Below, piece after piece: positions 47,436-58,273 of a DNA stretch of 64,000 nucleotides. The position numbers and the translations under genes were made by a program. Every line of letters starts with the position of its first letter. Positions within the stretch are counted from its first letter, which is position 1. The DNA is from an uncultured Verrucomicrobiae bacterium (GTDB taxonomy: Bacteria > Verrucomicrobiota > Verrucomicrobiia > Limisphaerales > Palsa-1400). A model generated the notes under the pieces. That model ran no database searches, was not told where the DNA came from, and was given only the letters and a program-made list of their open reading frames with translations. The stretch covers positions 224,001 through 288,000 of the forward strand of contig CAVXRD010000004.1 in NCBI GenBank assembly GCA_963764165.1, in the 5' to 3' direction.

Positions 47436-49898
47436 TCACGGATCGAGCGGCTTCAAATTGATTGTCAACGTTCCCACATCCACGGGCTCTCCGGACCGTT
47501 CGGGCGGGGCTTCAGGAACGACTATCTTCTGCCGCAGAATTCCCAGGCATGTGTCAAAATCCTCGTTCGTGGCCGAGGTTACGTGGCGATGTATTTCGCA
47601 CTCATAGGTGCCAGGCAGGACGTTCTCGGCGGTAAAGATATTGCTCGAGGCGAACTGGAGCGCATAAATCGTTTCCGATTTCTGTCGAGCCATCCCCTCG
47701 GCTGAATCCCAATAGGCGCGCCACCAGGCGTTGGTAGCACGAGAATCCGGCAGCTTGGGAAGCTCAACAGCAGGCAATGCTTTCCGCAAGAACGCGGGCT
47801 GCCTCCCACTCTCCCACAGGATTTGCCGGCCATCCGATGGCACGATGCGCCCCGTCACGGTACGTCCGCCGCCATCGAAAATTACCTCTGAAGTTTGGCC
47901 GGGAGCGATATCGATTGCCCGCCCTCGGGTAAATTGAGAATCCATCAGGCATCCAATCATGGCCGAAGCCGGGGGAACATAGTCGAAGACGAAACGTCCT
48001 TCGCTATCTGTCAGAGCGGTAAATGAGTTCACTTGAAACTGAGGGAAGAATGACCCGATGCGCACTAATTGCATAAGAGCGTTTGTTTCTCGCGCCGCGC
48101 TGCGTTGCACCACTCCGGAAACCCGCCCCCAGGGCTTTAACTGAATCGATTTCGTTTGTTTCAGCGCTTCCGGTGAGATTTCGGCGTAGCCTTTCTCGCT
48201 CGCCACCGCAATCCATTTGACTCCCGGCTGCGGCTGAAAACAAAACGCGCCGTGGCCATCCGTTTGCTGGATGCCGTCCACCGGTCCGCCGACAAACTCA
48301 GCCCGGCCTAGCACCGTCGTGGAATCCGCAGTGCAGAGCGCCACTTCCGCCTTCGCCACCGGCTTCCCGTCCCGTGAGCGGACAACGCCAGTCAGGGGGT
48401 CGCCTCGCTTCAAATCCAATTCCAAATCGGCCTCTTCAACCTCATCTTTAAACGGGGCTGAGATGGCGGGAAAATATCCATCCGCCTCAACTCGCACGAC
48501 ATGCGGCAGCGGACGGTTTGGCAGCCAAACCGTAAACTTACCGTCTCTTCCTTTGGCCGCGAAATCGACGTTCCAATCTTCGTGGTCACCGTGCATGAGC
48601 CCGGGGACAAGGCGGAATTCTGAAATGGGAGCGCGCGTTTCCGCATCGATCACCCTTCCCGACAAACGCAGTTGCTTTTTGAGCGTGACAACGTGTTCGA
48701 CTCCGTCGGCCTTCACTGATTGCGACATGAGCGGTTCGCAGCCAAACCGAGTGACGTCGCAGACGATGTCTTCCGCCGGGGCAGAGAACCAAGCCAGCCT
48801 GCCTTGGTAGTCTGATTTGAAATGGGTCTGCTCAAAAGCGTCGCTTTGCGATGCGTGAACCGCCACCGACGCGCCGGGAATGGGCCTGCCTTTTGCATCC
48901 TGAATTTGGACGTCAAACACACGGCCGGGCTCCAACTGAATCCGCGCCTCTTGGATCGCACTTGAGACTTGAATTTGCGCTTTCGCAGACGCCAAGCCAC
49001 GCGCCGACGCCGTCAATGTGACTTCCCCTTCTGGCTGATTGTTGAAATTAAATCGCCCGTCGGCCGTGGTCCAAACAGGATAGTCGCCCGCCGAAACAAC
49101 CGCCCCCTCCACGGGGCGTCCGTTTGCATTGAGGACGACTCCATTGATTGGCATCCCGCGCTTCAAAATGAAAACCGCGTTCGAGGCCTGCAACTCAGCT
49201 TCCGTCACTCGATTGACCGCCTCGCTCATTCGCTTGCCGTGATCCATGGAAACTTCCGCGGTGACATAATCGGGATGAACGAACCGCAGCTTCAATGATT
49301 CAAGCTGCCGTGGAGCGTGATTGCATGACCACCTGCCTTTCACATCGGTTTTCTCGATATGAAAATGGCCATCCGATGCGGTCGCGCTGGAGGGCTCTTG
49401 ATCGCCGCCGTTTTTGACCGACTCCACAAACACCTCGACCCCGGCAATGGGTTCTCCCATCTCATTCAACACCCGTCCGCCAACGGAGACGGCCCGCTCC
49501 AGCTTCACAGTGGTCAAATCGGGAAAAGCTCCAGTGAAGGTGCGTCGAAGAATCTTCTCACCGGGCGCGAAGCCGTCGGCGGTGATCCACAATTTCAATT
49601 CATCTTCTGTCCCGGCGGGAATAGACATCTCGCCGATGCCGTTCGATCTCGTTCCCCAATTCCCGGACAAATGGGGCAGGCCAACTTCCGCGATTAACTG
49701 CAATTTTGCGCCAGCCAACCCAGCGGGACTATTGCCGCCCACCACTTTTACGGTGATTGTTTCCTCGACGTTTGCCGTTGGTTCCGCTTGGATCGGGCCG
49801 CAACCCGCAAACACAAGCGCCGCCAGCGATAGAATCAAACGCCTCGCCAGAGGCATCTGCGTTGGCACCCAACGCCGCTGGATTTCAGTGGCAAACAC
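47436..49898 (-). CDS. Exported protein with multiple carboxypeptidase-regulatory-like Ig domains
   Basis: Repeated GRVxDxxGxPI/V and TDxxGRF motifs; FAGC lipobox-like segment; architecture like 32901-36317. Confidence 0.8.
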   Translation of the reverse strand: MFATEIQRRWVPTQMPLARRLILSLAALVFAGCGPIQAEPTANVEETITVKVVGGNSPAGLAGAKLQLIAEVGLPHLSGNWGTRSNGIGEMSIPAGTEDELKLWITADGFAPGEKILRRTFTGAFPDLTTVKLERAVSVGGRVLNEMGEPIAGVEVFVESVKNGGDQEPSSATASDGHFHIEKTDVKGRWSCNHAPRQLESLKLRFVHPDYVTAEVSMDHGKRMSEAVNRVTEAELQASNAVFILKRGMPINGVVLNANGRPVEGAVVSAGDYPVWTTADGRFNFNNQPEGEVTLTASARGLASAKAQIQVSSAIQEARIQLEPGRVFDVQIQDAKGRPIPGASVAVHASQSDAFEQTHFKSDYQGRLAWFSAPAEDIVCDVTRFGCEPLMSQSVKADGVEHVVTLKKQLRLSGRVIDAETRAPISEFRLVPGLMHGDHEDWNVDFAAKGRDGKFTVWLPNRPLPHVVRVEADGYFPAISAPFKDEVEEADLELDLKRGDPLTGVVRSRDGKPVAKAEVALCTADSTTVLGRAEFVGGPVDGIQQTDGHGAFCFQPQPGVKWIAVASEKGYAEISPEALKQTKSIQLKPWGRVSGVVQRSAARETNALMQLVRIGSFFPQFQVNSFTALTDSEGRFVFDYVPPASAMIGCLMDSQFTRGRAIDIAPGQTSEVIFDGGGRTVTGRIVPSDGRQILWESGRQPAFLRKALPAVELPKLPDSRATNAWWRAYWDSAEGMARQKSETIYALQFASSNIFTAENVLPGTYECEIHRHVTSATNEDFDTCLGILRQKIVVPEAPPERSGEPVDVGTLTINLKPLDP

Positions 49899-49989
49899 AA
49901 ATGATCAGACGCTGGCTCGAATTAATTGTTCACCTCGCGGAATACTTTTCAGATGTCCGGTTTTCGCGGCAGCGGCTACTATCTCATGA

Positions 49990-51867
49990 GTGACCGACCT
50001 GAGCGACAATCAATTGCTCCGCGCCTACGCCGACCAAAAAACTGAGGCGGCGTTTGCGGTCTTGCTCCGGCGCCACCTTGACTTTGTTTACTCGGCGGCG
50101 CTGCGAATGGTGCGCGACTCGCATACCGCGCAGGACGTAACGCAAGGCGTTTTTATGGCGCTGTCCCAAAACGCTGGCGCATTGGCCGCGCATCCGTTAC
50201 TTGCCGGCTGGCTGCATCGAACAACTCAAAACATCGCCGCTCAAACTGTGCGGACAGAAATTCGCCGCCGCTTGCGCGAACAACACGCCGCCACCATGAA
50301 CGACTCCAGCCTGGAAAACTCCGATGCCGTGTGGGAGGAAGTTCTTCCTATTCTTGACACGGCGCTGAGCGAATTGAATTCAAGAGACCGCGACGCTTTG
50401 CTTCTGCGATTTTTCCAGCGAAAAACCGCAAGGGAAGTGGGAGCCGCCTTGGACATCGGTGAGGACGCGGCGCAAAAATGCCTGACCCGCGCGCTGGAGA
50501 GGCTTCGGGAAATCCTGCGCCGCCGCGGAGTGAGTGTTGGGGCGCCAGCCTTGGGCACGGCGATTTCGGCCAACGCGATTCAATCCGCCCCCGCCGAAAT
50601 TTCCGCGTCAATTTCCGCCACCGTCGCGGCGATTCACGCCTCCGCGCATCTCCCTTCCATTGCCACTGCCACAAAGGTTATCGCTATGACTGCATTTCAA
50701 AAGACAACCGTCGCCTTAATCGTTGCTGCCGCTCTGGGTGCGGCAATTTATGAGGCGCGCGAGGCGTCTCGTATTCGCGGCGACCTTGAAAGGTTGGCCG
50801 CGCAGCAATTGCAAACGGACGCGATGCGGCGGGAGCTTGATGACGCGACCAATCGCGTCGCGATGCTAGCCGGGGAATTGAGCCGCGTGAAGTTCAACTC
50901 GAACGAGCTGATGAGATTGCGAAGAGACGTTGCGCGCGTGCGGGACCAATCGGCGGACGCGGACCCGGCGATCATGAAATTGGCAGTCAAGGTGGCGTCG
51001 CTGAAACGGAAAGCCGTGGAGTCGCCGAAGCTCACGCTTCCCGAAATGCGCTTTCTTACCGACAAGGATTGGGCGGATGTGGCGGCGGGCGCGGATATGG
51101 CGACCGAGGACGGGATTCGCGAGGCGTTCAGCAACTTGCGCGAGAAGGCGATTGACACGTTCCTCAACGAAATGATGAAGGACGCGATGAGACGTTATCT
51201 TTCTGTCAACAATAACGTCGCTCCCGCGAGCCTCTCCGATCTGACTCCCTTTTTCAATGCCCCGGTGACGCAGGACATGCTCAGCAATTACCAATTGCTG
51301 CAGACAGGCGAGGTGGATAACTCGGCTGACCTGGTGACGCTTACCAACCACGTCGACGATGTCTACGATTCCAATCATGGCATGTCGATCAACGGCGCGC
51401 ATGGCGGCGGTTACAATCGCGTCGGTGAAGCCGTCCGAAATGCGATCGTCAATTTCGTCATTGCAAACGGCGGACAAATGCCAACAGATCCAAGTCAAAT
51501 CCAACCGTTGCTTTCGCAGCCACTGGATTCGGCGACGGTGCAAAAATACATAACGCAAGCGGGGGCAAATCCAGCGCCCCCTGAGTTGATGATCGTGGGG
51601 CCGGCGCTGCAGGCGTTCAACGCCGCCAACAATGGCGCAATGCCTTCCACAGCAGCGGACATCATGCCGTTCCTGACGTCACCCGCGCAGCTTTCCGCGT
51701 TGGAGAAACTGGATGGTGACGCAGGCGCGCTTGCGCCTGCGTTCAACGCGTATTCAGCGGCAAACAACGGTCAGATTCCCCGCAACATCGCGGAGCTGAC
51801 GCCATTTCTCAGCACACCGAATTTGCAAGCCGCCTACCGCCGGTTTACCGGACCGATACCGCATTAA
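49990..51867 (+). CDS. ECF sigma-70 factor with long C-terminal extension
   Basis: FVYSAALR, AQDVTQGVF, LAGWLH, DRDALLLRFF...EDAAQK; TM segment then repeats. Confidence 0.9.
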   Translation: MTDLSDNQLLRAYADQKTEAAFAVLLRRHLDFVYSAALRMVRDSHTAQDVTQGVFMALSQNAGALAAHPLLAGWLHRTTQNIAAQTVRTEIRRRLREQHAATMNDSSLENSDAVWEEVLPILDTALSELNSRDRDALLLRFFQRKTAREVGAALDIGEDAAQKCLTRALERLREILRRRGVSVGAPALGTAISANAIQSAPAEISASISATVAAIHASAHLPSIATATKVIAMTAFQKTTVALIVAAALGAAIYEAREASRIRGDLERLAAQQLQTDAMRRELDDATNRVAMLAGELSRVKFNSNELMRLRRDVARVRDQSADADPAIMKLAVKVASLKRKAVESPKLTLPEMRFLTDKDWADVAAGADMATEDGIREAFSNLREKAIDTFLNEMMKDAMRRYLSVNNNVAPASLSDLTPFFNAPVTQDMLSNYQLLQTGEVDNSADLVTLTNHVDDVYDSNHGMSINGAHGGGYNRVGEAVRNAIVNFVIANGGQMPTDPSQIQPLLSQPLDSATVQKYITQAGANPAPPELMIVGPALQAFNAANNGAMPSTAADIMPFLTSPAQLSALEKLDGDAGALAPAFNAYSAANNGQIPRNIAELTPFLSTPNLQAAYRRFTGPIPH

Positions 51868-51915
51868 GCGCTTGTGCGTTTCGCAGCGGACGCAAATCTC
51901 TGTATTTGACGCCGT

Positions 51916-52082
51916 GGCTCGGCAGGAGCCTCGCCCGACCGAGCGGGTGGCACGGCGAGGCTGCCAATGAGCATTCTTGTGAAGGACGCCTCGCCGAGGC
52001 GTCCGGGGTGAGGCGTCGTTGAACAGTGCGGCCCACAAAAACTTTCACGCGCAACCGGACGCCTCGGCGAGGCGTCCCTACC
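51916..52082. repeat. REP-like palindromes (inverted doublet) between convergent genes
   Basis: GGACGCCTCGCCGAGGCGTCC (51984-52004) and its inverse GGACGCCTCGGCGAGGCGTCCCTACC (52057-52082, GTAG foot on minus strand); also GGCTCGGCAGGAGCC. Confidence 0.8.
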
Positions 52083-52184
52083 TCCAAAGGCGAAATTTGT
52101 TCGTCGGAACTCGCACCAACTTTGTTGGTTGGGTCCTCCTGCCAAGCCACGCCAATTCGAGGTTCACAAATCCAATTTGTTCAC

Positions 52185-54240
52185 CTATTTAGTTTGCCCA
52201 AGCTTTACGTAATCGAGTCCGACCATATAGCTCTTTTCAGCTTTCGGGTTTGCTCCCGTTATTTCGAACGTGAGTTTGTGGCTTCCAGCGGTGAGGTCGC
52301 GGGAACCGAGTTTCAGTTCGCTGGTAGGAATGACACCATCGTGAAATAAGTCAATGGGCTGCCCGAGTTGCACACCATCCAAAGAGACTTTGACAATGCC
52401 ATAATCAATCGCCTTGGTGAATTGCGCCATGATCCGGTATCTGCCAGCATTGGTTACCGGCAATTCAAGATCAAGACGGTCGCCGGGTTTGGCGCCATTC
52501 CACCAGAGCTGCCCGTCGTTGCTCCATTGATGATCGGGCCATGCTGTCATATCCTGCTCCTCAGTGTGGCCGCCGGTGCAGGCGAGAATTTTCAAGCGCT
52601 CGCCTTCGATGGCGCCGGCGACTTTGCTCTCCGGCAACTCCGCATAATAATTGGTGCGATCGGCCAGCGGAACCGGCAAATACGGATCCTGTCCGCCCGG
52701 CGCGAGATACCAATAGGCCATGCCCGCGTAGCGGGTGGGACGCTCGTTGGAATAATACTTTTCGATGTCCCCTTCGAACTGCCGCTGGAACGGCACTTGA
52801 TCCGGTATGTGCCAGCGGTTCACCGAGATGTGCCCCTTGTTGTTGTGTTCGTTGTGCGTTTGATTGTGGTAGGCGTTTTGGAACAATTTCGGATCGCCCC
52901 ACGCATAGCCGAAATAATCCTCCGAACCGGTGCCAAACGTGGACGGGAATTTCTCGCCATCCACGAAAAACTTCTCATCGCCTTCGCCCCACCAGCTTCC
53001 GCGCGGATTCCAGATGTGCAGCATGAATCCGACAAAACGCCCGGCGCCGGTCGTCTTCAGAAACGGCCAATCAATCTTCCGCTCCGGTTCTGTGGGCAAA
53101 TACGCATCGCGATGCCACTTGGCGTGAAAGCGGGCGTAATGCGTGAGGTCGCCCTTCAGTGCCTCGCTGTAAATCTCATAATGAAGCTGGTGCTTGTCCA
53201 TCCCTTCGTTGATGAATTGGATGCTCGCGCCGTTGGTGTACGGCATGACCCAGTTCGCATAAAACCAGCCGTCGTCCGTGTAACCGCAGGGCAAGGAACG
53301 GTAAACATTCGGCCCCGGAGCGGTGCCGAAGAAATCTCCCACTGGCGCCCAAACGGACGGCGAGCTTTCGCCGTCCCACCGAATTTGGATAACGGTTTCG
53401 CGCAGCAAATCGCGGTCATCCGGCGTCAGCGGCGGCTCGAATTTCACTCGAATGCACTTCACAACACCAGATCCCGAGGGTTCCGAGCCAGACGTGCCAT
53501 GCCCCGACAATATCCCGCTGCCGCTCGTGCTGACGAAATCACTTGGAAATTTTCGCGGGCCGCAATTGGACAGAATTTTGCTGGCTTCATCGAGCGCGGC
53601 GTTATCTTCCTGTGAAAGTTCGCGCTTGAAAGTTGGCACCTTCGTTCCCGCGGGAAACGCCGAGTAGCCGAAATGGTAGTACGCGCCCCAATTTTCGTCC
53701 GCGACAATTTTGCAGGATTTCTGGAACGGGATCGGTGTGTAGTTGTTCATTCCGCGAGAGGCGTCATGCACGATGGCGGCGCGATTGAACGGCGCTTCCT
53801 TGCCGGAGAAGGTACTCGGTGAATGGCAAATCAACCGCGGGCTCCGCGCTGCCGTCCAGGTAAATGCGGACATGCCCCGTGCCGGGCGCGGCCGACCAAA
53901 TGCGCCAGATGCAACCCGGCCCGTTCATCTCGGCCAGGACATACTTGTCGCCCTCTTTGCGAATGACGCCGTTGTTGTCGCCGTTCGCATCCCAATTCAT
54001 GTATTTGCCAGTGGCCTCGTCGTAGCGGCTCGCGCGGTCGTAGCTGGAAAATTGCGCGGTCTTTTCTCCCGGCTGCGGAAGCGTGGCCAGGTATTCCAAA
54101 TCGGCAAGGCGGTGGACCAAGTCGAGGTAAGTCAAATCTGCGCCGGATGCGGCGGAATGGAGCATCAGCGCCGCCGTGAACCAAATCGCGGAGCGGGCCA
54201 GGCGCAGACTCAGTCTCGTTGAACCAATTGCTGATTTCAT
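52185..54240 (-). pseudogene. DUF2961 (GH172-like) secreted protein split by a +1 frameshift near 53811
   Basis: SSYDR, GPGCIWRIWSA, then WWGEGDEKFFVDGE, GTGSEDYFGYAW. DLPFTEY joins FSGKEAPF if one C is removed. Confidence 0.85.
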
Positions 54241-54285
54241 TTTTTCTCCAAAAGGAAGAATTGATTGCGGTGCTCGCCCTTGATT

Positions 54286-55812
54286 TTACTTCGCCACAAA
54301 GCTATCAGCGCTGTTGGGATCGCCGGTCCCCTTGTAATGAGCCGTGGCAGGGTAGTTGAACAAAGGCCGGGTTTTCACCACTTTGCCGCCGGCGCTCTTG
54401 GACGCGATGATTCGTTCCGGCGCATGGCTGTGCTCCACCCAGTCCACAATCACGGAAAGCCAGTCCACCTCGCTGGCGCCTGGGCCGCCACCGCAATGCA
54501 GGCAGCCCGGCACCATGAACAGCCGGCAGTAATCGCCGGCATCGGAATCATGCGCCTTCACCTGTAAATAATAATTAATCGTCGCCTGCGGCGGCAGCGC
54601 GGGATCGGCCCAGCCGTGCCAGATGATCAATTTGCCTTTGCGCAATTTCAGCGGATCCAGATTCGCATTGGTGGCATTGAGATAGGAAGCAGCCAAATGG
54701 GTGTCGCTGTCAAAATGGGCAAAGCTGTAAGTGGAATAATCCCAATCCGGATTGTTGAAGATCAGGTATTTGAAAATCTGGGTGCCGAAAGCGAACATCA
54801 AATCCGGCGCGTGTTCGTTCCGCAAGTACAGCGCCGGCCCCACAATCCAGGCAGTCCATTGGTCGGGATCGCACTCGGAGCCGGGCGTGTAGCCAGGATA
54901 AATAAGCTCTTTGCCGTTGCGCGCGCCGCCGTAGAGGGCCTCGATGGCTTTGCGCTGCGCATCGGTCAATCCTTCGACTTTCGTCAAATCGAAATTCGCC
55001 GACGGCGGGTCTTGCACGACTCCGTCCTTCAATCCGTCCTGCCCGTCGCATTGCTCAAGAATGGATTTGGACAGCTTCTCCAGCGCCGCGTGGTCCAGCG
55101 CGGTATGGTCAAGTTGCGCGGGGTCTGGATACAGCGTCATTTGCGAGGTCACGGCATTGGCGGCCAGCCCTGTCCAATCAAACGACGGCGCGCCCGCGAC
55201 GATGCCATCGAAATCTCCGGGAAACCGCTGCGATTCCATCATAGCCTGCCCGCCCCCGCGCGAGCAGCCGAGGAAGAAACTGTAAGTTGGATCCTTCCCG
55301 TAATAAGTGCGGATGAGCGCCTTGGCCACTTCCGCTGTGCGATGCACCGCCAGATAGCCGAAGTTAAGCTGGGCCTCGACATTGTTATAGGCCCAGGTGG
55401 CCGAGGTGCCCGAACTCTGGTGTCCCGTATCCGTCCCGACGGTGGCATAGCCGCCATAAACCGAATAGCGCGCGCTGTTTTGCACCGAGCCGACAAACCC
55501 GCCTCCGCCACCCATGACGAACCGTTCATTCCAATCATCCGGCAGCAATAGTTCGAATCGGATCGCGCCACCGATCGTCCCTTTGACTTGGACGAAAGGC
55601 GGCGCAGCCGGGACTTTCTGCGTATCGGCCGCAACTTGCGTGGCGGACTCCAAAACCACCTCAGGCAAACGGGTTTTTTTGAAATCGTCGAGCGAGACGT
55701 GGCGCGGAGATTGAGCCGAGGAGTCAACAACAGCGCAAAATCCAGTCAGCAAGATGCAAATGGTTCGCAGTGGGCTGCTCCGCAGTGATGGCTGAATGAA
55801 TTTCCGTTTCAT
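54286..55812 (-). CDS. Tannase/feruloyl esterase family alpha/beta hydrolase
   Basis: GCSRGG, FDGIVAGAP, HGWAD, VPGCLHCGGG. Confidence 0.93.
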   Translation of the reverse strand: MKRKFIQPSLRSSPLRTICILLTGFCAVVDSSAQSPRHVSLDDFKKTRLPEVVLESATQVAADTQKVPAAPPFVQVKGTIGGAIRFELLLPDDWNERFVMGGGGGFVGSVQNSARYSVYGGYATVGTDTGHQSSGTSATWAYNNVEAQLNFGYLAVHRTAEVAKALIRTYYGKDPTYSFFLGCSRGGGQAMMESQRFPGDFDGIVAGAPSFDWTGLAANAVTSQMTLYPDPAQLDHTALDHAALEKLSKSILEQCDGQDGLKDGVVQDPPSANFDLTKVEGLTDAQRKAIEALYGGARNGKELIYPGYTPGSECDPDQWTAWIVGPALYLRNEHAPDLMFAFGTQIFKYLIFNNPDWDYSTYSFAHFDSDTHLAASYLNATNANLDPLKLRKGKLIIWHGWADPALPPQATINYYLQVKAHDSDAGDYCRLFMVPGCLHCGGGPGASEVDWLSVIVDWVEHSHAPERIIASKSAGGKVVKTRPLFNYPATAHYKGTGDPNSADSFVAK

Positions 55813-55904
55813 AATTCAGTATGTGCGAATGCAAATACTGGCATTGAGTTATGGGATGTCCAGCCTACGCGATCTGGCGATCACGCGTTTCATCGATTCA
55901 ATTG

Positions 55905-57281
55905 TCAAAAATACAAGTTGCCGCCAAAATCCGGCGTTTTTCCTTCTTTAACTTCAGCCGTCCATTTAGCCATTTTGTTCTCTCTTCCATAACTGGGCCA
56001 AAACTTCTCGCACTCCTGGAAAAACTCCAGCACGGCGTTGGTTTCCCCCTTCTCCAGCAATTCCTTGGCGAGCGACATGTTCGGACCAAAACTGTTAAGC
56101 GTGGGATCGCCCTTTGTCTTGCCGGCCTCCAAAAGGTATTTCTTCGCCTCGGCCAAGTTGCCCTCGTGCAACGCAACGCGCCCCAGCACGAGGTTGCCGA
56201 AGAAGAAAGCTCTCCCCGCGTTCCCGCCGCCACTCCATTGCATTCCCGGGCCCAAAAGCTCAGTGGCATATGCCCGCGCTTTCTGGAAGTCACCCGCAGC
56301 GACCGCCATCTGCGCCAGATTCGCCAACCGAGGCTCCCCCGGCACTGGGGGCACAGTTTGAGCCTGTGCTTTCTCAAATTCCCTGAGGGCCTTCGCCGCC
56401 AGATTCGTTCCCGGGTGGCCGTTCATTTCCAATTTGTAAAGTTGCCCCAGCTTTTCTGACCAGTCCGGATTTTCCGGTTGGAGATTTTGCGCCTTGGTTA
56501 GCATCTCCTCCGCCGCGGCGTTGTCGTAGATGTTAAAATAGGCGGCTGCATTCCCCAGGAATACAGTATTGGCTGGATCGTCCTTCACATGCTGAAGCCA
56601 CAGGGCTTTTCCCCGCCGATAGGCCGATCCATCCATGACCGGGTCGATCGACATTTCGTGGCCGCTGGCCGAAAACTCCGGATGATGCTCGATGATCCAT
56701 AGAACGTGCCGGGCCTTCGCCGCTCGATCTCTGAAACCATAGTAAGTTATCAAATCAATCCGCGCCGAAAAGTCCTCCGGGTCCTCCACCAATTTTGCCT
56801 CCAGGGCATCCACCTCGGCGGGAGCGAGCATTCGTGGCGGACGCATCGGCAACGGACGGCCTTTTTGCTTGCCTGGCCAATCGGCGTGGCTTGTTTTCTT
56901 GACTGAGGCGGCGACTACATTGATGCGCGACGCTTTGGCGGCGTCCATCACTTTGACCACAGCGGCCCAAGGTGTCTCCTTGTCGGCCCGGATTGCCAGC
57001 GTCGTCTGCGGTTTTTCTTGGGAGATTTCGGCTAACTTCTTTTGCAAATCGTCTGCGGTCGTGAATTTGTCCTGAAAGTTAATCGTCCCGTCGCTGGAAA
57101 TGGTGATGACAAGGGTGTCTTTGGTCGCGCCGTCAATTGCCTTGGATGAATCTGAGGGCAGCGGGGAAGCCTGAGCCGCAGCCCGATGGCAGACCATCGC
57201 CAAAGCGACAAGCACAGGAAACAGCACCGCAGCCAATCCACGCAACCCAACCCGCGCCGCGCGTGGTAATCCCAGCTTCAT
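55905..57281 (-). CDS. ExbD/TolR-like domain fused to a TPR-like domain
   Basis: IRADKETPWAAVVKVMDAAK (ExbD C-domain), then helical repeats with SFGPNMSLAKELL. Confidence 0.7.
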   Translation of the reverse strand: MKLGLPRAARVGLRGLAAVLFPVLVALAMVCHRAAAQASPLPSDSSKAIDGATKDTLVITISSDGTINFQDKFTTADDLQKKLAEISQEKPQTTLAIRADKETPWAAVVKVMDAAKASRINVVAASVKKTSHADWPGKQKGRPLPMRPPRMLAPAEVDALEAKLVEDPEDFSARIDLITYYGFRDRAAKARHVLWIIEHHPEFSASGHEMSIDPVMDGSAYRRGKALWLQHVKDDPANTVFLGNAAAYFNIYDNAAAEEMLTKAQNLQPENPDWSEKLGQLYKLEMNGHPGTNLAAKALREFEKAQAQTVPPVPGEPRLANLAQMAVAAGDFQKARAYATELLGPGMQWSGGGNAGRAFFFGNLVLGRVALHEGNLAEAKKYLLEAGKTKGDPTLNSFGPNMSLAKELLEKGETNAVLEFFQECEKFWPSYGRENKMAKWTAEVKEGKTPDFGGNLYF

Positions 57282-57457
57282 GATACTCGGAATCCGCTCG
57301 GTCAATCCCAGCGACATCCAACGGTGGCCTATGCTTGATTTAGCCATAGCAAAAAGGTGACACATCCATACCCATCTAAACAAGTCGAATCCCCTTCCGT
57401 GATCCTCCGCCGTCGACGTGCTCGACGCACACGGGGCACATCCCGCACTATGTCGCC

Positions 57458-58231
57458 ATGACGCGCCGATTCGAACGCTACGTCGCGATAGGTGACAGTT
57501 CCACCGAGGGGCTCGAAGACCCGGATGGGGCTGGCGGTTACCGCGGCTGGGCGAATCGCCTGGCCGAGCGCGTGGCTCAAGCGCAAGACGGGTTGCTCTA
57601 TGCCAACCTCGCTGTGCGCGGCAAGCGCTCCCGGGAAATCCGAGAGGAGCAACTTCCTTCAGCGCTCGCCATGAAGCCAGACCTCGCGACGATTTTCGCG
57701 GGTTCAAACGATATCCTCGAACGCGGTTTCGACGCTGGCAAGCTGCGGGCGGAACTCGAGCGCATCATGGGGGCGCTTGTCGGAGGAAAGGCGGTCGTGC
57801 TGACCTTCACACTGCCAGACCTTTCCGGCGTCATGCCCATCGGCCGCTTCCTGGCACCCCGCGTTCGGGGCATGAATGACAGCATCCGCAAGGCCGCTGC
57901 TTCCACCGGCGCACGCCTCATTGACTTTGCCGCATACTCGGTGGGTTCCGACCCGCGGCTCTGGAGCGAGGACCGTTTCCATGTGAACGCCGAAGGACAC
58001 GCCCGCATCGCGGCGGCGATGGCTCAGTCCCTCGGTTTGCCGGGCGCGGATAATTCCTGGCAGCAGCCGATGCCAGCGCCAAGCGCACGGAGCCGGTGGG
58101 TTCGCATGGCTGAATCCTGGGGGTGGTACCGGCGCCACTTGCTGGATCACCTTTTGCATGGCAGTCCGCCCGAAGAACAGCGCCACCCCAAACGTCCCCG
58201 GCTGGAGGTGGTGAATGTCCCACTGAGATGA
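57458..58231 (+). CDS. SGNH/GDSL hydrolase
   Basis: AIGDSSTEG, NLAVRG, GSND, DRFH. Confidence 0.92.
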   Translation: MTRRFERYVAIGDSSTEGLEDPDGAGGYRGWANRLAERVAQAQDGLLYANLAVRGKRSREIREEQLPSALAMKPDLATIFAGSNDILERGFDAGKLRAELERIMGALVGGKAVVLTFTLPDLSGVMPIGRFLAPRVRGMNDSIRKAAASTGARLIDFAAYSVGSDPRLWSEDRFHVNAEGHARIAAAMAQSLGLPGADNSWQQPMPAPSARSRWVRMAESWGWYRRHLLDHLLHGSPPEEQRHPKRPRLEVVNVPLR

Positions 58232-58273
58232 TTAGCCTTTTCAGTCCGCGCCGCTCGAAGCATCCTTGGGCGA

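Noticed and set aside
57282..57707. N-terminal extension of the 600-aa ORF
   Set aside because: It overlaps the divergent SGNH gene and is not protein-like.
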